Below, in pieces: positions 1 through 9,328 of a stretch of DNA of 64,000 bases; position 1 is the stretch's first letter, and each line of letters begins with the position of its first letter. A program made the translations under genes and the position numbers. The stretch is from a bacterium (lineage in GTDB: Bacteria > Zixibacteria > MSB-5A5 > GN15 > FEB-12), in contig JBDRES010000003.1 of the NCBI GenBank assembly GCA_043819515.1, positions 2,522 through 66,521 on the forward strand, read 5' to 3'. Below the pieces are notes generated by a model. The model was not told the origin of the DNA. It did no database searches and was given only the letters and a program-made list of their open reading frames with translations.

Positions 1-585
1 CTGCAGGCAGGGGAGTTCATCGCTCGAAGCATCGATTGCGAGCCCTTCGACAAGTCGAAGTTCATCGATGCCCTTAAGGAAGCAAGGAAGTTAACAGTAA
101 CTTCGCCTGAGGTATTTGTTGCAGAACTTCAGAGGATATGCGCGTCCGCAGGCGTGGCAGTCGCATTTGTGCCAGAACTGCCGAAGACTGCTAGCGGCGC
201 AACACGATGGCTGTCGCAGTACAAGGCCTTGCTGCAGTTGAGTTTGCGCTACAAGACGGACGATCAATTGTGGTTCACGTTCTTTCACGAGGCTGCCCAC
301 ATTCTCCATCATCAAAAAAAGAGAATATTCATAGAAGATGGGGCGTCTGAGAATGAGCAAGAGTTGGAAGCCAATCGATTTGCCGCCGATTGCCTGATTC
401 CACCCGTTGAATACAAGCGATTTCTGTCAAGGCGCAGGTCCAATAACATCAGCAAGGATTCCATTAGGCAATTCAGTACCGATATAGGCATCGCCCCGGG
501 AATCGTGGTTGGAAGACTCCAGTATGACAAGCGACTGATGCCCTCTCACTGCAATGATTTAAAGCGCAGACTTCGATGGGTGTGA
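1..585 (+). CDS. ImmA/IrrE-family (peptidase M78, COG2856) zinc metallopeptidase domain protein, 5' end cut by window edge
   Basis: Frame 1 is open from nt 1 (LQAGEFIARS...), so the listed 154..585 ORF is only the tail of a longer CDS. It has an HEXXH motif in FFHEAAHILHH followed by ELEANRFAADCLIP, the usual ImmA/IrrE core. Confidence 0.75.
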   Translation: MQAGEFIARSIDCEPFDKSKFIDALKEARKLTVTSPEVFVAELQRICASAGVAVAFVPELPKTASGATRWLSQYKALLQLSLRYKTDDQLWFTFFHEAAHILHHQKKRIFIEDGASENEQELEANRFAADCLIPPVEYKRFLSRRRSNNISKDSIRQFSTDIGIAPGIVVGRLQYDKRLMPSHCNDLKRRLRWV

Positions 586-624
586 CGCTGGGACAAGCCG
601 ATCCTACAGGCACATAAACCGACA

Positions 625-1893
625 TCAATCGTTTTTCCACTCCTCCTCCCCCTCCTCCTCCGTCCTCATCTTCCCGCTCACGCGGCCGGTTTGCTCCGTG
701 ATCACAAACTCCCGCAGCTTCGCCATTTGGTCATCGGGTAAGCGGCGTTTGGCGTAGAGCTCTTTCATTAGAGCATTAGTGTCGACTGTCAGGTAGTCGT
801 CGAGGCCCAACTCGCGGACCAGGAAATTGAGATTGGCAAAGGCGGCCTGATCGCGCGTTTTAGTGATGAACTTTTCGACCGTGCTCAGCTTGACCGTCAC
901 ATCACCTTTGGATCCGGCAATGCGCTCAAAGCCGTGAGTTGCGGCGGCTTCTTTGAGGTCGGTCTTGAGCGCTTCAACCTCAGCGGACAGGGCTTTGAGT
1001 TCGTTGTTTTTGACCAGGTATTCATCAGCCAAATCGCGCAGTCGTTCGGCCTCAGTGCGTTGATCAGACTCCTCCTGTTCGAGCTGCTGCGTATGGCGTT
1101 TGGCGGGGCAGGCATTGATCCAATCGCAGAAGGGGCACAGCCCGCTTTCTTTGGTCGGGAAACATCCCAGTCGCTGCGCCTCTTTGACAGCCACCACCTG
1201 ATTGCGCAATTCTTCGATCACCAAATCACGTTCCTCGGTGGACATGCGGTGCCGGACGACTTCATCCTGGCGAAGGAAATACACCGCCAGCTCAATCTGG
1301 TCAAAGTCAGGGTATTTGTCCTGTACGGCCAGCAGGTAGGTCCCCATTTGCGCTATGAAACTGCGATCGCGCGGTTGCATCATCGATTGACCGGTCTTGT
1401 AATCGCAGATCTCAATCACGCCGTCATCCCGCCTCCACAGGCGGTCGATCTTGGCTTGAAAGCTGAATCCATAACCGGGCAGGGCAAAGTGAAGATTCAA
1501 CTCCGTCCCGAAAAGCCTGCCATACCGGAACGGCTGGTAACGTTCGTAATGGGTCAGGAGCATCTCCTGACCCATGCGGATGTAATCGTCGACAGTATGA
1601 AAGTCACTGTGCACCGCCAGATGCTCGCGGTTGATCCGTCCCCATTCGGCGAGGTACAGCTCTGTGGCTTTGTCGGGCGGGATCAGAACGCCATCAGCGC
1701 CGCATTTGTAGAGCTTGTCGAGAACTGCGTGAACGGCTGTGCCCAGAAATGTCGCAGCCGGCACCCGCTTGGGAACTGTCACTTTTTCGATGTACTGGAA
1801 TTGGTATTTCTTTGGGCATTGCTCAAACGTCTGCAGGCGGCTATGTGAATATGTAGTACCCATTGTCGACTCCTCCCGTACAGGTGCTGTCAC
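625..1893 (-). CDS. PD-(D/E)XK nuclease family protein (Cas4/AddB-like, 4-Cys cluster) with C-terminal coiled-coil/acidic extension
   Basis: N-terminal YSHSRLQTFEQCPKKYQF. Catalytic IDRLW...EICDYKTG (D...E-x-K) and QMGTYLLA (QxxxY) motifs. Cys in EQCP plus CPFCDWINAC give the Cas4-type Cys set. The last ~150 aa are helical and charged, ending EEEGEEEWKND. Confidence 0.75.
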   Translation of the reverse strand: MTAPVREESTMGTTYSHSRLQTFEQCPKKYQFQYIEKVTVPKRVPAATFLGTAVHAVLDKLYKCGADGVLIPPDKATELYLAEWGRINREHLAVHSDFHTVDDYIRMGQEMLLTHYERYQPFRYGRLFGTELNLHFALPGYGFSFQAKIDRLWRRDDGVIEICDYKTGQSMMQPRDRSFIAQMGTYLLAVQDKYPDFDQIELAVYFLRQDEVVRHRMSTEERDLVIEELRNQVVAVKEAQRLGCFPTKESGLCPFCDWINACPAKRHTQQLEQEESDQRTEAERLRDLADEYLVKNNELKALSAEVEALKTDLKEAAATHGFERIAGSKGDVTVKLSTVEKFITKTRDQAAFANLNFLVRELGLDDYLTVDTNALMKELYAKRRLPDDQMAKLREFVITEQTGRVSGKMRTEEEGEEEWKND

Positions 1894-2049
1894 GCGACTC
1901 GCGTGACAGCGGCCAAATTTCCGTTATTCCGCCGGGCAAGTCGCCCGGCGGAACCTGCATTTCGAAGTTGCTCACCTGCGAAGTAGAGGACTTTTTCAAC
2001 ATGCCCGTTACAGGTGGGCATCCATAGCCCACAAATCACGCTGTGCGTG

Positions 2050-3096
2050 CTACCACAACCGCAGGTCCATCTTTGGCGGTCGCTGCGGTTTACTGACGAA
2101 CTTATCAAAGACCCCGGTCAAGAATCCCCAGCCGAGGCCAAAGTGAATAACCGGGAAAATCAACGGACCCAGCAAAAACGTCCCCAAGTGGCTCTTGCGG
2201 TGACCAACAAAGGCTGAAAAGCCAATCGCTACCAATAGATACACGCCGAACAGCGTGGTCAGAAGCGACCAGGCTGAGCTTGAAACAAGCGACAGGACCG
2301 CCAGGATGCCAAGACCGGCCACACCGGCCGCAGCCAGGGTCTGCATGGGAGCGATCTTGGAATGCTTCTGCGAGAAATGAAAGCGGCCTTTGCCGTAGCG
2401 CATCATCTGTCTCCAGAGACCGGCCAGAGATTGACGCGGGTAATAAAACACTCGCACCTTGGGCGAGATGATCGCTTTCAACCCCGCGCGCTGCACCCGA
2501 TAGTTGAAGTCGACATCCTCGCAAGCGTCGAACTCCTCATCAAAGTAACCGACCTTGTCGAATACCGACCGCTTGTACATCGCCCCGGACGAAGTCGGAT
2601 CGACGACCCCTTCAAAATCCGAATATATGTCGGAGCCGGGGTTATGCCCCAGAAGTGACTCCCGGCAGTGCGCCACGGCTCTTTCGAATTCGCCGATATC
2701 AGGCGGAGTCAGCGGTTGGGGACGGCAAAGGCAATCGGCCTCATATGTATCAAACAGCTCCAGCATATCGGTCAGGATTGTCTTTCTCGGCAGGTAAGTG
2801 TGGCCGTCCAGGATCAGGATACATGGTGCGATGCTGTTCTTGACCCCGAGATTGCGGCCCGATGACGCCAGTCGCCGAGGGTTGTCCAGGATCTTGAGCG
2901 ACCCAAACCTGCTTCTGAAACCCTCGACGATTTCCCGCGTACGGTCGGTGGAGCCACCGTCGGCGACAACTATCTCAACCCGATCCATAGGGAAGTCCTG
3001 CATGTAGATCTGATCGAGAGTCTGTCCGATGAAGGTCTCTTCGTTAAGAACAGGCATTAAAATCGCTATGCGATACTTGGGTTCATCGGAGCTCAT
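2050..3096 (-). CDS. Family 2 glycosyltransferase with C-terminal transmembrane segments
   Basis: RIAILMPVLNEETFIGQTLDQI...VEIVVADGGSTDRT is a typical GT2 N-terminus with a DxD-like ACEDVD. The hydrophobic C-terminal third suggests membrane spans. Confidence 0.8.
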   Translation of the reverse strand: MSSDEPKYRIAILMPVLNEETFIGQTLDQIYMQDFPMDRVEIVVADGGSTDRTREIVEGFRSRFGSLKILDNPRRLASSGRNLGVKNSIAPCILILDGHTYLPRKTILTDMLELFDTYEADCLCRPQPLTPPDIGEFERAVAHCRESLLGHNPGSDIYSDFEGVVDPTSSGAMYKRSVFDKVGYFDEEFDACEDVDFNYRVQRAGLKAIISPKVRVFYYPRQSLAGLWRQMMRYGKGRFHFSQKHSKIAPMQTLAAAGVAGLGILAVLSLVSSSAWSLLTTLFGVYLLVAIGFSAFVGHRKSHLGTFLLGPLIFPVIHFGLGWGFLTGVFDKFVSKPQRPPKMDLRLW

Positions 3097-3253
3097 CGGG
3101 AGGGTATCTCCTTCCTGGTTCTACTTCAGTAACAGCCTCGGGAGTATCCTATCGAGCCGCCTCGATTTACTCAACAACAATTTGGCGGCGCAAGTCGCCG
3201 CAGGATGGTTGCTATTTGGCGGCTGTAATCTGCCCCGGTGGCCGGGGGAGACG

Positions 3254-4351
3254 CTATTCGGGTAGATCGTGGGATCCGGGTCGGTTAGACCCGGTCACGG
3301 TGGCGCCGGCTTGTTGGCGCATTGACGCGACCGATTCAGGATGCTCGATCAGATGTATGACGGCGTTAGCCATTGTCTCCGGGCGGCTCAGGCTCACCAG
3401 TCGGCCGTTGCGTCCGTCGTCAATGAGGCTGGGAATCGAACCGATAGCGGTCGAGACAACAACCAACTCATGTTGCATGGCTGTCAGGACCGGCTGCACC
3501 GGGTTGCCGACTGCCAGAGCGTTTACAAAAACATCCGCCTGGTCCAGGTAATCCGACATCGGAGTCCGCTCGTCGGCTGCAACAATCTTCAGGCCGGGCG
3601 GCCAATTGTGCCGGTTTAATAACCGGACAGTGTGACTGTCGGCGAGAACCGTCATCAGTGTTCGCGGGTACTTCATTTTTACCAGGCTAAAGGCCTTGTG
3701 CAGGTAGGTCAGACTATGATCCAGGACGTCGGTGTTGGCGGCTGTCGGTAGCAGGGCCAGCAAATGCGGTTGCAATCGCGTCGCCTTCGGCCCGGTGACA
3801 CCTTCGCCGGCCACCTTTGGACATACAGTGATCGCTCTGACGTGCTGTCGCTCCAGACGAGCGGCCAGCGGTTCAAAATCTACCAGTACATGATGACAGC
3901 GTCGGAGTACGGACAGCAGGCCGGTTGGCAGATCTTCCAGGACAAGCTCGGCCATACTATGTCTGAGATCCACCGTGATCCGGCATCCAAAAAAGCGCCC
4001 GGCCAGGACCAACAGCCACCAGTATCGGATCGCCGCCGCCCAGGGAGGAATCACCAGATGCACCCGGCCGAACCGGGGAAGCTCCCTCACCAACTGCCGT
4101 AACCGCTGCATTTGGCTACCGCCAACCTGCTGATCGAGGAACTGCCGCCTGCAGACCACCATCCCCAGGCTCTGGTAGTAGAGAACGGTTCCGGCGTTGA
4201 CCTGGTCGATTTCCCAATCGCTTTTTCCCAGCGCAGCCAGGAGTACCCGGCTGCTCGCACCAGCCAGGTCAGCAGTTCCGGATCTTTCGGTTTCGGCCGA
4301 AGCGAAGGTTGTTGTTACAGATCTACCGGTCATAGTTGGTTTCCTGGACAC
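3254..4351 (-). CDS. GT-B (group 1 / GT4-like) glycosyltransferase
   Basis: The C-terminal half (DVFVNALAVGNPVQPVLTAMQHELVVVSTAIGSIPSLIDDGRNGRLV) matches the Glycos_transf_1 E-x7-E region pattern. The N-terminal half is divergent and the start is uncertain. Confidence 0.55.
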   Translation of the reverse strand: MSRKPTMTGRSVTTTFASAETERSGTADLAGASSRVLLAALGKSDWEIDQVNAGTVLYYQSLGMVVCRRQFLDQQVGGSQMQRLRQLVRELPRFGRVHLVIPPWAAAIRYWWLLVLAGRFFGCRITVDLRHSMAELVLEDLPTGLLSVLRRCHHVLVDFEPLAARLERQHVRAITVCPKVAGEGVTGPKATRLQPHLLALLPTAANTDVLDHSLTYLHKAFSLVKMKYPRTLMTVLADSHTVRLLNRHNWPPGLKIVAADERTPMSDYLDQADVFVNALAVGNPVQPVLTAMQHELVVVSTAIGSIPSLIDDGRNGRLVSLSRPETMANAVIHLIEHPESVASMRQQAGATVTGSNRPGSHDLPE

Positions 4352-4533
4352 CGCCCGACCAATACGGGGCGCGCCCAGCCTTTTTACATCAGAGCGCCCA
4401 TATCGTTGGCTATTTTCTTCTATTCGGTGGCAGACGCCGTCCCGGGCAGCACAATCTGTTCAATTTCCTTGCCTTTTGAGATCGTTCAGGGCTTCTTAGC
4501 GGTCGAATTAGAAACCGTAGCACGTATGACCAG

Positions 4534-7041
4534 ATGAGAGCTCGCCTCGACAAGCAGTTTTTCCCGTTCGTCATCAAGCCGGGCCGCTATGCCGGCGGCG
4601 AACCAGGACAGATCGTCAAGGACCCACAGGGGCGCCTGAAGTATCTTCATGCCTTCCCCGACAAGTACGAACTGGGTCAATCTTACCTCGGCCTTCAGAC
4701 TATTTACCATATTGTCAATCAAGACGATCGCTTTCTTTGCGAGCGCGTTTTTGCCGTTGATCAGGATGCCGAAACGCTCATGCGGGACAAGCAGGTTCCC
4801 CTTTTCTCATTGGAAACGTCACGTCCCGCGGTCGATTTTGATGTTATTGGTTTCACCCTTCCCTATGAACTGATCTTCACCAATGTCCTGGCCATGCTGG
4901 ATCTGGCCGGCATACCGCTGAAGGCCTCGGACCGCAGCGATGAGCACCCTATCATTATGGCCGGCGGTCCGGCTGTCTACAATCCAGAACCGATGGCGTC
5001 GTTTGTGGATTTGTTTTTTATCGGCGATGCCGAGCAGGGTTTGCCGCAGATGCTGGCCATCCTCCACCAGATGCCCCAGGCTTCCCGTGAGGAGAAACTG
5101 CTGCGGCTGGCACATGAAGTGGAATCCGTGTATGTCCCGCGCTTTTACAGCGATGATCGGCAGCCGGTAACTGCGGGCGTGCCGCAGGAGATCCGGGCGC
5201 GAGTGGTGCCCAGGCTGAAGCCGGAGTATTTCCCGACCCAACCGTTGGTGCCGCTGGTCGAGACAGTGCACGATCATCTGGGTGTCGAGGTTATGCGAGG
5301 CTGTCCACAAGGCTGCCGTTTTTGTCAAGCGGGACCGATGTATCGTCCGGTGCGGGTGCGCCCGGCCGGCGAGATAAGCGACCAGATTCTGCGGCAATTA
5401 GCCGCCACCGGTTACCATGAGATTACCCTGGTGTCGCTGTCGACTTCGGACTATCCCGAGATCGAGCCCTTGATCAAGAGCCTGGCGCGGAAACTCCAGG
5501 ATCAGCAGGTGTCGATCGCCCTGCCGTCGCTTCGCCCCGGCTCGCTGAGCCGGGATTTACTGTCTGCCGCCAAATTGGTGCGCAAGTCCGGCCTGACGCT
5601 GGCCCCGGAGGCGGGCACGGAGCGGCTGAGGATGTTTATTCGCAAAAATATCCCGGACGAGGCCTTGTTTGAATCGGTGCGCCTGGCCTTTGATATGGGA
5701 TGGAGTACGATCAAGCTCTACTTCATGATCGGACTGCCGACCGAAACTGATGAGGATCTTGACGGTATCATAGATTTGGTGGCCAAGTGTTATGGCATCG
5801 CCCGCCACCATCCGGGCAAAAGCAATATCAATGTCACCCTCTCGCCCTTTGTACCCAAACCGCATACGCCCTTCCAGTGGGATGCCATGATCTCGATCGA
5901 AGAGACCATCAGGCGGATCCAGTATGTGCGTCAGGACAGGCGCGTGCGTGGAGTCAATTTCAAACATCACCGGGCCGAGATGTCGTTGCTGGCCGGACTC
6001 TTGGGGCGCGGTGGACGCGAGTTTGGTCCGGCTATCGAAGCTGCCTATGAGCGGGGATGCCGCTTTGATGGTTGGAGCGAGAGTTTCCAGCCGGATATCT
6101 GGTTTGATATCTTCAAAGGGGGTGGGATCGATATCGAACAACTAACGCAGGCCATCCCCTTCGACCGGCCTTTGCCTTGGTCCCACATTCGCAAAGGGAT
6201 CTCGACGGAGCGCCTTCAGGTCGAACGCCGGCGGACCTCGACCCAGCTCAAGTCGTTACCGGCCCGGTCAAGCTCGCCGGCAGGCGTTGAATCGGCGCCG
6301 GAACCGGGTCTGGCGTACGGACGCAAAAAACGCAAACTGACGACTCGCAACACCAGTAGCGCGCCGACCAAGAACCGACTGCGTATTCAGTGGGGGAAAA
6401 CCGCTCGCTGTCGTTACATGTCCCATCTGGAAAACATGAGGCTGATCGAACGGTCACTGCGACGGGCTCGTCTGCCGGTTGCATACAGTCAGGGGTTCAA
6501 CCCAACCATGAAGCTGTCCTTTGGTCCGCCCCTGCCGCTGGGATTCACGTCCGAGGCGGAGTTTGTCGATATTACATTGGATACTGTGCTCTTGCCCTAT
6601 ATGATTGATGATCTGCGCCGCTGCCTGCCGGAAGGAGTCAGTCTGATTGACGCCCGGGCGGTGATCGACAAAGGTAAATCGCTTTCGGCAGCCTTGAACA
6701 GGGTTGTCTATACGGTGCCCCTCGATTCATTCGAGGCGGCGCCGGACTTGGAAGAGGGATTGAAAATGCTGCTCGATTCGGAGCAGCTTCCCCTCGAACG
6801 TCAGGGCAAAGGGACAGTGAAAGTAGTGGATGTGCGACCGGCGATTCATGATTTGCGTTTTGACCAGGAGAATTTGATAATGGTTCTGGGTGTTGGTGAA
6901 GGCGGCTACGCCCGCCCCACCGAAGTGGCCGGGCTGCTCATGGGAGCGGCCGCCGAGGCGGTGACGGTCGTGCCGTGTCACCGTCAGAGCATGTACCGCC
7001 AGGATGAATTTGGCCGCGCCATCGCGGCCATGGACCTGTAG
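4534..7041 (+). CDS. B12-binding-domain radical SAM protein (TIGR03960-like) fused to a radical-SAM-associated DUF2344/TIGR03936-like domain
   Basis: N-terminal FVIKPGRYAGGEPGQ. Radical SAM cluster motif MRGCPQGCRFCQAG. A basic low-complexity linker (GRKKRKLTTRNTS) is followed by RIQWGKTARCRYMSHLENMRLIERSLRRARLPVAYSQGFNP, typical of the DUF2344 partner. Confidence 0.85.
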   Translation: MRARLDKQFFPFVIKPGRYAGGEPGQIVKDPQGRLKYLHAFPDKYELGQSYLGLQTIYHIVNQDDRFLCERVFAVDQDAETLMRDKQVPLFSLETSRPAVDFDVIGFTLPYELIFTNVLAMLDLAGIPLKASDRSDEHPIIMAGGPAVYNPEPMASFVDLFFIGDAEQGLPQMLAILHQMPQASREEKLLRLAHEVESVYVPRFYSDDRQPVTAGVPQEIRARVVPRLKPEYFPTQPLVPLVETVHDHLGVEVMRGCPQGCRFCQAGPMYRPVRVRPAGEISDQILRQLAATGYHEITLVSLSTSDYPEIEPLIKSLARKLQDQQVSIALPSLRPGSLSRDLLSAAKLVRKSGLTLAPEAGTERLRMFIRKNIPDEALFESVRLAFDMGWSTIKLYFMIGLPTETDEDLDGIIDLVAKCYGIARHHPGKSNINVTLSPFVPKPHTPFQWDAMISIEETIRRIQYVRQDRRVRGVNFKHHRAEMSLLAGLLGRGGREFGPAIEAAYERGCRFDGWSESFQPDIWFDIFKGGGIDIEQLTQAIPFDRPLPWSHIRKGISTERLQVERRRTSTQLKSLPARSSSPAGVESAPEPGLAYGRKKRKLTTRNTSSAPTKNRLRIQWGKTARCRYMSHLENMRLIERSLRRARLPVAYSQGFNPTMKLSFGPPLPLGFTSEAEFVDITLDTVLLPYMIDDLRRCLPEGVSLIDARAVIDKGKSLSAALNRVVYTVPLDSFEAAPDLEEGLKMLLDSEQLPLERQGKGTVKVVDVRPAIHDLRFDQENLIMVLGVGEGGYARPTEVAGLLMGAAAEAVTVVPCHRQSMYRQDEFGRAIAAMDL

Positions 7042-7044
7042 GCT

Positions 7045-8409
7045 ATGGACAGCAAACTCATATCAAAGGCGCCCGGCAATGTCGACGCTCCCCGGTTTGC
7101 CGCTTTGCAGGCGCTGATCCTGATCGAGCAGGGAGAGCAGTCCGACAAGGCTATCCGGACGGTGCTGGATCAGGGTAATTATCGCCGTCTGGATATTCGC
7201 TTCATTCAGCAGTTGGTCAACGGCACCACCAAAATGCGGCGCCGTCTGGATCATGAATTGAAGTTCTACCTGTCGCGGCCGGCGGCGCAGTTGTCATTGC
7301 GAATGTCCAATATCCTGCGGATGGGTCTGTATCAGTTGCGATTCACCGATCGCATTCCGGCCTCGGCCGCGGTCAATGAATCCGTCAACCTGGCCCGCCA
7401 CCTTGTCGATCGACCCCGCGCCAATCTGGTCAACGCTGTCTTGCGGGCCTCACTGCGTGAACCGACCAAGGTTCGTTTCATTTCCATGCAAAAAAACCCG
7501 GTCAAACACCTGGCCGATTCACTTAGCTACCCCGAGTACTTCGTCGAGTACTGCCTCAACGAGTTTGGGCTGGAGCAAACCCAATCGCTTCTGACAACCT
7601 ACAACCAGCCGCCCCACGTAACCTATCGAGTCAACTACATCAAGTCCAAGCCTGACGAAGTTGCTCGCATTCTGCAGGACAACGGCATCGAGTTTACCTA
7701 TGGTAAGTATCTGCCTGAGTTTATTCATCTGCACACCGGCGGACTGCCGCTCGAGGAGGAACTGGTCCACACCGGCAAAGTGGCCGTTCAGGATGAGTCG
7801 TCCGGTACCGCCGTCCGTTTGCTCAATCCTCGGCCCGGCAACAAGGTTGTCGATCTAACGGCCGCCCCCGGCGGCAAGGCCACCTACGCGGCCATTCGCA
7901 TGCGCAACAAGGGCCGCGTGACGGCCATCGACAAATCCCATGCCCGGCTGGAAGTGCTGGTGGCCAACGCGGCCAGTTTGGGCATCAAGATAATTTCACC
8001 TGTTGCCTGCGATATGATCGACTTCGAAAGCGAACCGTTCGATCGGGTGCTTCTGGATCCGCCTTGCAGCGGCTGGGGCACGGCCGGGAAAAACTCCGAT
8101 CTGCGCTGGTCAAAGACGGCCGAGGATATCACCAACCTGGCCCGTATGCAAGCCCGTATGATCGACAAGGCGGCCACTCTGGTGCGACCGGGAGGTTTGC
8201 TGGTATATTCAACCTGCACCATTATTCGCGATGAAAACGACCAGATAATCGAGGAATTCCTGCTTCGCCATCCGGATTTCGAGCTCGAAACGGGCGCCGA
8301 GTATTTCCCGCCCGAACTGGTCAGCGAGCGGGGTTTCGTCAAGACCTACCCGAGCATCGAAGGATTGACCGGGGCTTTTTGTGCTCGTATGACTCGTCGA
8401 ATTCACTAG
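7045..8409 (+). CDS. rsmB: 16S rRNA (cytosine967-C5)-methyltransferase RsmB/Sun
   Basis: NusB-like N-terminal domain. SAM-binding VVDLTAAPGGKATY. Catalytic Cys motifs DPPCSGWGT and YSTCTI. Confidence 0.8.
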   Translation: MDSKLISKAPGNVDAPRFAALQALILIEQGEQSDKAIRTVLDQGNYRRLDIRFIQQLVNGTTKMRRRLDHELKFYLSRPAAQLSLRMSNILRMGLYQLRFTDRIPASAAVNESVNLARHLVDRPRANLVNAVLRASLREPTKVRFISMQKNPVKHLADSLSYPEYFVEYCLNEFGLEQTQSLLTTYNQPPHVTYRVNYIKSKPDEVARILQDNGIEFTYGKYLPEFIHLHTGGLPLEEELVHTGKVAVQDESSGTAVRLLNPRPGNKVVDLTAAPGGKATYAAIRMRNKGRVTAIDKSHARLEVLVANAASLGIKIISPVACDMIDFESEPFDRVLLDPPCSGWGTAGKNSDLRWSKTAEDITNLARMQARMIDKAATLVRPGGLLVYSTCTIIRDENDQIIEEFLLRHPDFELETGAEYFPPELVSERGFVKTYPSIEGLTGAFCARMTRRIH

Positions 8410-8461
8410 ACATTAGTTAATACTTGTCAGGTATTCCAGCGGTCCTTATACTCGACCGTAT

Positions 8462-9271
8462 ATGCCACCATTGCAAGCATCAAGACTGGGCAAGAAACAC
8501 TCCACCCGTTCGGGATTTCTGACCGGATACCTCCCGGAAGGTTCCCTGTTGCGGTATGTGGTGCTCTGGGCTCTGGTGCCGCTGGCGGCGCTTTTGGTGC
8601 TCTACCTGATCACCGACAGTATCATCATGCCCTCAATCACCAGGCATGGTACGGAATTCCCCCTGCCCGGCTTCACCGGTCAGCGTTTGATTGAAGCTCG
8701 CCTGACGCTGGAAGAACTCAATTTGAACCTCGAGGTAGCTTCCGAAGAATTTTCGCCGGGGAAGGAGCGGGGTACTATTCTGGACCAGTTCCCCATCGCG
8801 GGAACCAAAGTCAAAGCCGGGCGGACCATCAAGTTCGTGGTTTCGGCCGGGAAAAAGATGATCGTTTTGCCGGATGTGGCCGGCCTGTCGGTCAGGCAGG
8901 CTATGCTTGATATTGAAACCGCCGGTTTGGTCCTGGGCGATATCACCTGGGCCTTTTCCGACACTCTGCCCGAACGCATGGTGGTCGTATCCTACCCGCC
9001 CGCCGGCAGCGACATAGCGGCCGGCGCGCCGGTGACACTTATGGTCAACCGCGGACGAACGGCCGACTTTACGTATGTCCCCAAGGTCATCGGCCTCACC
9101 TTGGAACAGGCGACGGCGCTTCTGGAACAAAAACAGCTTAGTACCGGTCTCATCACCCGTCGCCAGGACGATAAGTACCTGCCCGAGACGGTCTTGGACC
9201 AATCCGAGAGCGAGGGCTCCGAACTCGAAGTCGGCACTAAAATCGATTTGGTAATCAGCGCCTCTGAGTAG
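8462..9271 (+). CDS. Membrane-anchored PASTA-domain protein (three PASTA repeats, no kinase or PBP domain)
   Basis: One N-terminal TM helix (VVLWALVPLAALLVLYLI), then three ~65-aa repeats of the pattern P(D/K)V.G......A...L...GL. Confidence 0.7.
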   Translation: MPPLQASRLGKKHSTRSGFLTGYLPEGSLLRYVVLWALVPLAALLVLYLITDSIIMPSITRHGTEFPLPGFTGQRLIEARLTLEELNLNLEVASEEFSPGKERGTILDQFPIAGTKVKAGRTIKFVVSAGKKMIVLPDVAGLSVRQAMLDIETAGLVLGDITWAFSDTLPERMVVVSYPPAGSDIAAGAPVTLMVNRGRTADFTYVPKVIGLTLEQATALLEQKQLSTGLITRRQDDKYLPETVLDQSESEGSELEVGTKIDLVISASE

Positions 9272-9328
9272 GCCTGCAATCGCAACAGCTTGGCAACAAT
9301 CCCTCTTACCATACTGCTGTAGCCAGTC

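Noticed and set aside
934-1848. 304-aa plus-strand ORF
   Set aside because: It lies entirely antisense inside the PD-(D/E)XK nuclease gene, which has clear catalytic motifs. The composition is Arg/Gly/Ala-rich shadow-ORF type, typical of GC-rich DNA, with no motif.
4534-7041. This radical SAM as the missing partner of the first MEMO-AMMECR1 fusion
   Set aside because: Its motifs (B12-binding N-terminus, CxxxCxxC in the MRGCPQGCRFCQ context, DUF2344 tail) belong to a different family from the AmmeMemoRadiSam enzyme (DPIEKKPLYHF, CNVNCKFCQNW). It also lies 25 kb away in an rsmB operon.
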